In this document: in pieces, positions 25,641-34,639 of the stretch | Numbering within the stretch: position 1 is the stretch's first letter | How the letters are laid out: every line of letters begins with the position of its first letter | Assembly: GCA_977017645.1 (NCBI GenBank) | Contig: OZ360247.1 | Coordinates: 51,088,001-51,152,000, forward strand | DNA: 64,000 nucleotides | Direction: 5' to 3' | Source: Torpedo marmorata | Taxonomy: Eukaryota | Made by a program: the position numbers and the translations under genes | Notes under the pieces: generated by a model | What the model was told of the DNA's origin: nothing | Database searches by the model: none | The model's input: the letters and a program-made list of their open reading frames with translations, nothing else

Positions 25641-26207
25641 CATGGCACATAATAATCACAAATATGAATATGAATAAAGATATAAAAAAGGAATACATGT
25701 AAATATTTTGGGATGATTTACTCAGTTACAGGATACCGTTCATCAATCTCACAGCCTGCGGGAAGAAGCTATTCCCCAGCCTGGCAGTCCTGATTTTGAT
25801 GCTCCTGTACCTCCTTCCTGATGGTAGTGGGTCACAGATACTGTGTGATGGATTATTATCGTCCATGCATTCTCTTGCTCCATCTCTCCTGCTTTGTCCA
25901 TTTGGCTGTGATGTTCGTGTTTGGACAGTGCTCTTTCTCACCTTCCAGTATCTTGCCCTGCATCAAACAGCAGGGGAAGGCTGGGAGTGTGTGTGTCCAT
26001 CGCCAGAGGCCCTTTCATTGCCTGGTTCTGGATGCTGAGCCCTGAGGCGCCCCAGGCCGCTGGAGCTGGGTGGCTGCAGCTCTGCTGGCTGTGCCCCTGT
26101 GTCACCCACCAACTCTGGGGAATAATGTGGCTAGAAGTAGGGATGGAGAGACAGGGAGAAAGGACAATATGTTTCTGTGGGAGGAGGGAAGGCCAAGCAT
26201 TCAATTA

Positions 26208-26586
26208 AAAAAACACAAATGCTGGAGAAACTCAGCAGGTCAAACAGTGTCTTTTATGTAGCAAAGGTAGAAATACATAACCGACGTTTCGGGCTTGAGC
26301 CCTTCATCAAAGTATGAGAAAATACCGGCAGGCGTCCGAACAAAAGAGTGAGGAGGGAAGGGGGGTGGCAAAGGCAGGGGATGATAGGTCCCTCCCCCCC
26401 CTCACTCTTTTGTTCGGACGCCTGCCGGCATTTTCTCATACTTTGATGAAGGGCTCAAGCCCGAAACGTCGGTTATGTATTTCTACCTTTGCTACATAAA
26501 AGACACTGTTTGACCTGCTGACTTTCTCCAGCATTTGTGTTTTTTACTTCAACCACAGTGTCTACAGATTTTCATGTTTTACTTTT
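26208..26586. mobile_element. Penelope-derived fold-back insertion with 14-bp TSD
   Basis: ~145-bp near-perfect inverted arms; TSD CAAGCATTCAATTA at 26194-26207 and 26587-26600. Confidence 0.88.
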
Positions 26587-26763
26587 CAAGCATTCAATTA
26601 CTTCTGCGCTGCATTCTAACCCATTAGCTCAATTTAATTTTTAATTTAGACATACAGCTCAGTCACAGGCCCTTCCTGCTCATGAGCCTGTGCCTCCCAA
26701 ACACACCCATGTGATCAATTAACCTGCTAACCCCGTACGTCTTTAGAATATGGGAGGAAATAT

Positions 26764-27005
26764 GGGGTGGCACGGTTAGCGCAACGCTATTACAGCGCCA
26801 AGAATCAGGACCAGGGGTTCGAATCCTGCACTGTCTATAAGGAGTTTGTACGTTCTCCCCGTGTCTGCGTGGGTTTTCTCTGGGGGCTCCGGTTTCCTCC
26901 CACCCTTCAAAACGTACCGGGGTTGTAGTCTAATTGGGTGTAAATTGGGCGGCACGGACTCGTGGGCCGAAATGGCCTGTTACCGTGCTGCATCTCTAAA
27001 TTTAT
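26764..27005 (+). mobile_element. tRNA-derived V-SINE (HE1-like); other copies at ~28553-28790(+), 30835-31090(-), 37315-37560(+), 41613-41838(-), 46232-46400(+), 47272-47500(+), 49245-49630(-), 56590-56760(-), 59930-60175(-)
   Basis: Box A/B-like head (GGTTCGAATCC), central GGAGTTTGTACGTTCTCCCCGTGTCTGCGTGGGTTTT V-domain, and a CR1-like tail (GGGCCGAAATGGCCTGTTACCGTGCTG). Confidence 0.85.
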
Positions 27006-28876
27006 TTAATTTATAAAAACAACCCCCCCTCCCCCAATCAATTCTCAACTTTCCTCTCTCCTGTCCTCCTATCGTATCCAATTAACCCCTTTTGTCTGTT
27101 GGTCTGAACTCCTCCCCCTGGCCTTTCTTCCCATCTCCCCAGCCTTTTAATTCAGGTGCCTGCTGGCTTTTAACTCACACCTTGAAGAAGCGCTCAGACC
27201 AGAAACGTCGGTTATATATCTTTACCTCCTATTGTCACTGCGAGAGCTGCTGAGTTCCTCCAGCATTTCTGCGTTTTTACAGAAAAGTTAGAAAACCAGT
27301 GTGTTTTCTGCAGCAGGGGAGGGGTGGGTGGAGAATACAGAGGAAGCTCTGGTATAGATTTGCTCACCAAGTAACAGTGCATTCAGACGCTAGCAGGTGG
27401 AGACAGCAGCAGAAAGAGTAGCGACCCTCTGTCTGCCTTACGGTCGACAAAGTTAAAGAATTTCATGTATGTTACATTCTAAATGTAGTATTACGTGACA
27501 ATAATGGAACCTTTACCTTTAGTTGGGATAGAAAGATACAGCCCCTGGTGGAGTGAGAAACAGAGAGAGTCAAGACCCTCCATTCTTAGAACCATTATTG
27601 AGATTCAAAGGCTGCAACCTGTGAAGGCGGCAGCTGAGAGGCTGTTGCTGGAACTCTCATTGAGTGTCATTTACAACAGTGAAGGTCTGCAGGAATGCTT
27701 CTTGATCCCACAATAATTATAAAGTATATTTCTCTTGATTTGCACTCTCCCACCAGAGAAAATACTCTCTCTCTCCTCCCGTTCACTCCCCTATCCTTCC
27801 CTCTCTCTTCCCCATTATCTCTCTATTCCTCTCTTTATCCCACTCTCCCCCACCTTTCCTACCTCTCCCTCCTCCCTCCCCCTCTCTCTCTCTCTTTTCC
27901 CCTCCCTCTCCCCCTCTCTCTTCCCTCTCTCACACTCTCTCTCTCTCCCCCTCCCTTTCTACCCTGTCGAACACGTTAATAATCTTATCTCCTCAATTAC
28001 ATCACTGGATCACCCCCTTATCTACAGTACCTTTCATAACTTCCAACGTGCTTCATGTGAATTGCTTTTAAAGTGTAATCGCTTTTGAAATGTAAACCTG
28101 AGGCCATGAATGTGTGTAAACTGGAACAGATCGATTGTCCATTATAGAATCTGTCAGGTTGGAATCAGTGAAGGGGTGCTGTGTGAGTGCCAGGAATGTT
28201 AACATTTAATTCTGTATTCCTTTTGTTCAAAGATACCTAAGAAAAAAATACCAGCTACCAAACTATTAACTGGATTCCTCAAACTTAAACATAATTAAAC
28301 ATAATCTGATGGAGATCAAAGAAACCTCAGTACTCAAATGGCAAAAATCCCACTGGTTATTGCCATTGAAGCAGGACAAGTAACAATGAGGTGAGAGGTT
28401 ACAGTGGAGCCGGTGCAAGGTAATGAGTGAGGAAAGGTCCTCCACTCCCTGCTCATAGCCTCTACCCTGACGTGTTGCAGAGTTTTTATTTCACCACCAT
28501 TTGCTTGATGTATTTATTTTAAATTCGTCTTTGCATTTCCCACAACAAACGAGAGCTGTACGGTTAGTGTAACGCTGTTACAGCGTCAATGACTGGGGTT
28601 CGAATCCCGCGCTGTCTGTAAGGAGTTTGTACGTTCTCCCTGTGTCTGTGTGGGTTTCCTCCGGGTGCTCCGGTTTCCTCCCACCTTTCAATACATACGG
28701 GGTTGTAGGTTAATTTGAATGTAATTGGGCGGCACGGGTTTAAATGGCTGGAATCGACTTCTACCATGCTGTAAATAAAATAAAAAAAATTTTTTAAATG
28801 AACATGCAACTCAGTTATTCAACATTGATATACTCCTGTTGATTCTGAGCAGGCAGCAGCTTGCTGGTGTTGGGTG

Positions 28877-30056
28877 TGTTACGAACTAACAAACCCTGTT
28901 AGTACTAACAAAGGAACAGCAATGGAATATGCACCAGACAATGGTAAATGCAAAAATAGTTTTTATTTAAACTATTAATAACATAACATATCTTACTTAT
29001 CTCTAAACTTAACTCTAACTTAAACCTCACTATGCGCAAATGTAAATGTGTGTGTGTTAAAGTCCAAACTATTTCAATTTAAACTTAAATCTGAAAAAGT
29101 CAATTTTTAAAGTCCAGTTTCCAACTTCTTTTGTTGAACTTCAGGATCCCTTTAAATTGTGATTCAGAAGTTATTATAAAGCAAGAATGGAGTATTCGAT
29201 TTCTTTCAAACTCACACGTCTGTTGATGAGTGGTCTTTCAGAGATAGTCTTCATACGAGTGTGTTCACAAGTTTCCCCCTATCTTGTTAGGGTTACGGAA
29301 CTGTGATCTTCACGATGATTTCTTTCTTAATCAGGAGTAACATACGGTGATGTTCTCTTTTCTTAGAAACAATTTGAAAGTGGTCTTATTTATTTTAAAA
29401 GCCACTTATATGGTGTATCTCCTATGATAAGGATAATACACAGAAACAGCACCTCTATTCATTCAGAGATCACTGCTCATAAAATGATTCTGTCTTTCCA
29501 GAATGTCAAAGTTCTTCAGACTTTAAATCTTTGTCTTTCCAAAGTGTCTGAGTTTCTTCAGTCTGGTGCAGTCTGTTTCTTTCTAAAATGTCCCTCTCCT
29601 TTCATTATATATTTCTCACATCATGTGACATTACATCAGCACAGTTTTAGTTTCATTTTCGAAAGCATTACCTCATGCCTTTCTTCAAAATCACTTACAT
29701 CCAAAAAAACATCTGACCTCACCTCTGTTCCAAGATTATAAGTGATTACGACTCCGAACAGTCTGGCACTTGTCACTCAAATGGCACTTGAGTTTGCAAC
29801 AGCTGCTATCATAAGGCTTTTAAAAACCACACATTGTCCTTAAGTCACTTAAATGCACTTCTGTTTCATTATTGGCTGTTGTCTTCTTAGACGCAGTGAC
29901 TCCAAACTGAACTCTCTCTCTGAGTAATGGGTTTTTCCTGCAAATGTGCTGTGACCTGTGTGTGACCCTGTACCAGCCCACAACTAACCTCACAAAGATA
30001 TATAATTCTATAACTTAACTTTAAATATTAATTTTAACATTAACACATCCGTTACA
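28877..30056. mobile_element. Solo LTR (Gypsy-type), 1180 bp
   Basis: Termini TGTTACG...CGTTACA; 4-bp TSD GGTG (28873-28876, 30057-30060); start resembles the LTR at 45387. Confidence 0.8.
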
Positions 30057-30297
30057 GGTGTAAGGGAAGTGTTTCAGCCACCAGCAAGGACTGTCCTTGT
30101 GTTATATGGGAAATTCAGAGTGGGGCAAAAGGGGAGCTGGACTCTCAGAGGACATTGTGATCTTAAGCGCCCGCATTTTTAAAACATCTTTCACTGGCCG
30201 TTTAAAGCCCATGATCCTCTGAATATATAGATACTCTTGCGAACTTGGCAGCCAATGTGTGCGCAGCCAAGGTTCTGCAAACCCAATAAGCACTCGA

Positions 30298-30735
30298 GTT
30301 GAACAAGAAAATCTGCAGCTGCTGGGGTCTATGGCAGTACACAAAAGTGCTGGAGAAACTCAGCAGGTTACGCAGCATCCATAGGAATTTAAAGGCAGTT
30401 GACGTTAAGGGCCTGAGCCCTTCGTCAGGAAACTGGAGAGGCAGGTAGATGCCTGAATAAAATGGTGGTGGGAGGAGGAGAGGAAGGGGAAGGGGGAGGA
30501 ACATAGGCGAACAGGTAATAGGTGGATGCAGGTGGGAGGGTAGAAGAGAAAGAAGCTGAGAAGGGATACGGGGAGTGGGTAGAAAGACATGGAACTTCCT
30601 CCCTTCTCTCCACCTTTTTATTCAGGTGTCTACCTGTTTTTCCAAACTCCTGACGAAGGGCCCGAAACGTCGACTTTTACTTCCTATGGATGCTGTGTGA
30701 CCTGCTGAGTTTCTCCAGCACTTTTGCGTACTGCA
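30298..30735. mobile_element. Penelope-derived fold-back insertion with 15-bp TSD (1 mismatch)
   Basis: Diverged inverted arms; TSD CCAATAAG(C/G)ACTCGA at 30283-30297 and 30736-30750; CTGACGA...GAAACGTC at 30650-30671. Confidence 0.82.
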
Positions 30736-31218
30736 CCAATAAGGACTCGATTCCTTTTGAGTGATTCTCTTTGAAGGACACACATTGGCCAGGACAACAG
30801 TAGCTGACACAGCAGCATGGGATTATTTTAAATTTAAATTTTAAATTTAGACATACAGCACGGTAACAGGCCATTTCGGCCCACGAGTCCGTGCCGCCCA
30901 ATTTATACCCAATTAACCTACACTCCCGGTACGTTTCGAACGGTGGGAGGAAACCGGAGTCCCCGGGGAAAACCCACGCAGACACAGGGAGAACGTACAA
31001 ACTCCTTACAGAAAGCGCGGGATATGAATCCCGGTCCTGGTCGCTGGCGCTGTAAGGCGTTGCGCTAATCACTACGCCAACCGTGCTGCCCAAATAATTT
31101 GTAATAAGAAGATAGACTGGGCCTCAGATGATTGTGTCGGCATAAGACAGCACCTCTGCTGGTGCAGCACTCGCTCAGTGCTGGACCAAAGGGTCCTCCA
31201 AAAATCATAACTCAAATA

Positions 31219-32025
31219 CACTGGACAACAATTTTTTTCAAAAGGTTTGCTTCCTGAAAAAAAAATGGGGATTATGATAGACAACCTCAAGCTGAACACA
31301 AAGATATTTTCAGAATTGCTGTATCACGTAGGAAGTTGGAGAAACATTAAATTAACGTTTATTGAATTTAGCATGTTTAATCGCATAATGATGCTCTCAG
31401 GTTGACTGCACACGTTGCACAACAAATGTGAGGAGCCCAGGGTTTGTCTTGTCACCAATTTTACAACCGAAGTAGAGCTCATAGACTTTCTTAATAAGTG
31501 CAGTCGTGAGCCTTAAGTGAGCCTTTGAGCCTTGTGTATACTCGCCACAAATGTAACAGAATGTATCGCAGCTGTTGCGACATTGACGAGACATTTCTGC
31601 TGTATTGAATCTTCCTGAAGACAATAAATACTATTGTTAAGTACACTCACTATGCTATTGCCTGAAGAACATGTGCATCAACTTGCGTTCAATCTATATC
31701 AATGTAATGCACAGCATCTGTACATGTGAGCTGCTTTTATAGCCTGTCTGCATCTATCCTGACTAAGCATGCCCAGGCCTAAGACAACATTTACATAGCA
31801 CCTGCACTGAGTGCATGCCCAGGCATGCTTGGACTGACCAAAACAGCTTGCTTTGTGGGAAATATACTAGTAGACTTAAAATATGACAGGAAATCACAAA
31901 AATAAGTTATATCTAAAAAACGGTACATGATAGGAAACTTTTAAGTTGATTTTTGTGATCAGCAGCCCAAAATCCATAAGATACACCCAAAAATGTTCAG
32001 GAAGCAAAATCTTCGTTATCCAGTG
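31219..32025 (-). mobile_element. Internally deleted Chapaev3-like (CMC superfamily) DNA transposon
   Basis: TIRs CACTGGACAAC / GTTATCCAGTG, 3-bp TSD ATA, and a minus-strand transposase N-terminal zinc finger MSRQCRNSCDTFCYICGEY...KKVYELYFGCKIGD. Confidence 0.75.
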
Positions 32026-32151
32026 ATATCCATGCTGTGACAGAGAGTGGCTACCACTGAGCTATAGGAATGCAGTTTCTCATCAAGCCAGAGCTGACAG
32101 TTCTTGAGCCAATCAAAACAGGATAACCACATGTTCTATAGGAGAAGGCAC

Positions 32152-32720
32152 TAGTGAGACCTCACTTGGAGTATTGTGAGCAGTTTTGGGCTCCTCATTT
32201 AAGAAACGATGTGTTGATGTTGGAGAGGGTTCAAAGAAGGTTCACTAGGATGATTCTGGGAATGAAAGGGTTATCATATGAGGAGCGTTTGACAGCTCTT
32301 GGACTGTATTCGTTGGTATTTAGGAGAATGAGGGGGGATCTCATTGAAACATTTTGAATGTTGAAAGGCGTGGACAGAGTAGATGTAGAAAGGTTGTTTC
32401 CCTTGGTGGGAGAGTCTAGGGCAAGAGGGGATAACCTCAGGATTGAAGGGCGTCCGCATAGAACAGAGATACATATGAATTTCTTCAGCTAGAGGGTGGT
32501 GAGTCTGTGGAATTTGTTGCCACAGGCGGTTGTGGGAGGTCAAGTCATTGGGTGTAATTAGGACAGAGATTGATAGGTTCTTGATTAGCCAGGGCATCAA
32601 AGGTTATGGAGAGAAGGCCGGGCAGTGGGGCTGAGTGGGGAAATGGATCAGCTTATGATTGAATGGCAGGGCAGACTCGATGGGCTGAATGGCCTTATTC
32701 CTGCTCCTATATCTTATGAT
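32152..32720 (+). mobile_element. CR1 LINE 3' fragment
   Basis: VRPHLEYCEQFWAPHL...LERVQRRFTRMI...GLSYEERL. Confidence 0.88.
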
Positions 32721-33434
32721 CTAAGAAGGAGATTTGTAGGTTTGAGCTCAGTACTGCCATTTTATCAATTTATAATGGAACAGCTGCGTAATTGTGCATT
32801 CCGAATTGTTAACTGACATTATGTGCAATTACCTCAATCGACAAATGTTACTTCAATAAAAGGAGTAAGAATTAATTGTGATCCAACAGAGGGCCAGTGG
32901 TACGTGAGCCCAGAGGCTCGGTCGTTTGAATGCATCATCCTCCAATTTGTCATTTCATGGTTCTTCTCACCTTCTCTCCCTTGGTACTGCATTTCCGTAA
33001 ATCTTGTAACATCTCAAACTGTTCCCACCTCTAACGGGTGTCATTGATGAGAGACATTAACTCTTTTCTCTCCCTTCAACATTCTTCCAGCTTTTTCTGT
33101 TCAGATTTCCAGCATCCTTGGTATTTTGCCTTTATAGTAGTTACGGCACTAAAGTTACAAATCAAAGGGGCGGACCTCCCAGTGAACTCTAATTCATCGA
33201 GGATTATCGAGCTTACGTACAGGTCAGTCAACATCGTTCCATTAAGTAGCTGCACTCCCCCATGGAGTGACTTGGGGGTCCCCTCTTGTTCTTCGATACC
33301 AGAAGCCCGGTTGTTTGTAATTACAATGCAAAGCATTCAAGGTACCAAGAGGAAAGTAGCTTTTATATTGTTTCTGCCAGTTCGATTCTGAATTTGATCT
33401 CCTCCTTTTCAAGTGCTGGTTGTTCTCTCCTCAG

Positions 33435-33581
33435 ACTCGTGGTTCACCAAGTCGAATTTCTCTGGAAGTTGCCCAACTAGCCTGGAAGATTCATCTTGGA
33501 TCCCCTTCCGCGATCACTGTTATACCTTCCACCTGGAGAAAAAGGCAACGGCCAAGGATGCAGCCAAGTTCTGTCAGAAAG
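33435..33581 (+). CDS. MRC2: MRC2 coding exon (start of CTLD8)
   Basis: Acceptor ttctctcctcag, donor G|gtgtgt. Translates (D)SWFTKSNFSGSCPTSLEDSSWIPFRDHCYTFHLEKKATAKDAAKFCQK. Phase 1 to 1. Confidence 0.92.
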
Positions 33582-33593
33582 GTGTGTCATGTA

Positions 33594-34159
33594 CCGTATA
33601 CCCTCGTGTAATAGTCGATCCCATGTAATAGTTGACCCCCCTTTTTTGGCCCAAAAATCGCGTGTTTTCAGTATGACCCATGTAAAAGTCGAGCCCACCT
33701 ATTTTTGGCCTCGATCGCCCGCCCATCCGAGCTCCCGGCGCCCCGACCGCCCACCCACTGGAACTCCCGACGCCCTGGCCACAGACTCTCTCATAGGCCC
33801 TGACCACCCGCCCATCTGAGCTCCCGACGCCCTGACCATTGATCCTCGCCCCGGCCGCCCGCCCACCGGAGCTCCCAATGCCCTATCCACAGACTGTCTC
33901 CTAGGCCCTGACCGCCCATCCATCCGAGCTCCCGACGTCCCACCCGCGGATTTACGCCCCGGCCGCCCGCCCATCCAAGCTCCCAATGCCCCGACCGCAG
34001 ATCCTCGCCTCGCGGCCCACCCATCCGAACTCCCGACACCTTGAACGGTGCAGGTACTTACCGCGGTCAAAAGTATGACCCGTGTAAAAGTCGACCTTCC
34101 CCAAATATGACCCGAACCATTGGTCCAAAAAATTTTGGCGATTACGCGAGTATATACGG
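33594..34159. mobile_element. Non-autonomous Tc1/mariner-pogo (Tc2-like) element with GC-rich internal repeats
   Basis: TIRs CCGTATACCCTCGTGTAAT / ATTACGCGAGTATATACGG, TA TSD on both sides. Confidence 0.82.
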
Positions 34160-34277
34160 TATACATCAGACAACGAGTGTTTAATATGTGCCAGGGGTTA
34201 GGGGGGAAACATTGTCCATCTTATTGAACTCGTGCCCTGCTAACGTACGTGTACATCCTGTGATTGTGTTTGAACAG

Positions 34278-34400
34278 TACGAGGGGCGGAGATGCTGTCC
34301 ATTCTCGATGAGACAGAGAACGTCTTTATATGGGAACATCTACAGACGTTTGAAAATGATATCAAAGGTGCATGGCTGAGTCTCACGTATAACAAAAAGG
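34278..34400 (+). CDS. MRC2: MRC2 coding exon (middle of CTLD8)
   Basis: Acceptor tttgaacag, donor G|gtaagt. Translates (V)RGAEMLSILDETENVFIWEHLQTFENDIKGAWLSLTYNKK; compare MRC2 VLSILDEMENVFVWEHLQ. Not present in the ORF track. Phase 1 to 1. Confidence 0.92.
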
Positions 34401-34639
34401 GTAAGTGTATATTGCCATAGTAACTGGAAAAGAGGCAGATAGCTCTTAAATACTGTTAATTTTATGTAGGACGTGGATCCTTCGGCAGAGTGCGATGCAG
34501 TGCAGAGGGCGAGCAGAGTACCCGTTCTTTTAAAGGACAAGCTTTGAAATTGTATTACCACTATTTAATGGCATTCAAATGGGTGGCACCGTTGGCACAA
34601 CGCTATTACAGTGCCAGCGATCCATCAGACCATAAGACG

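Noticed and set aside
25046-25702. His/Thr-rich ORFs
   Set aside because: CA microsatellite spanning an N gap.
26764-26830. tRNA genes at GGTTCGAATCC motifs
   Set aside because: These are SINE heads followed by a V-domain and LINE tail; no full cloverleaf.
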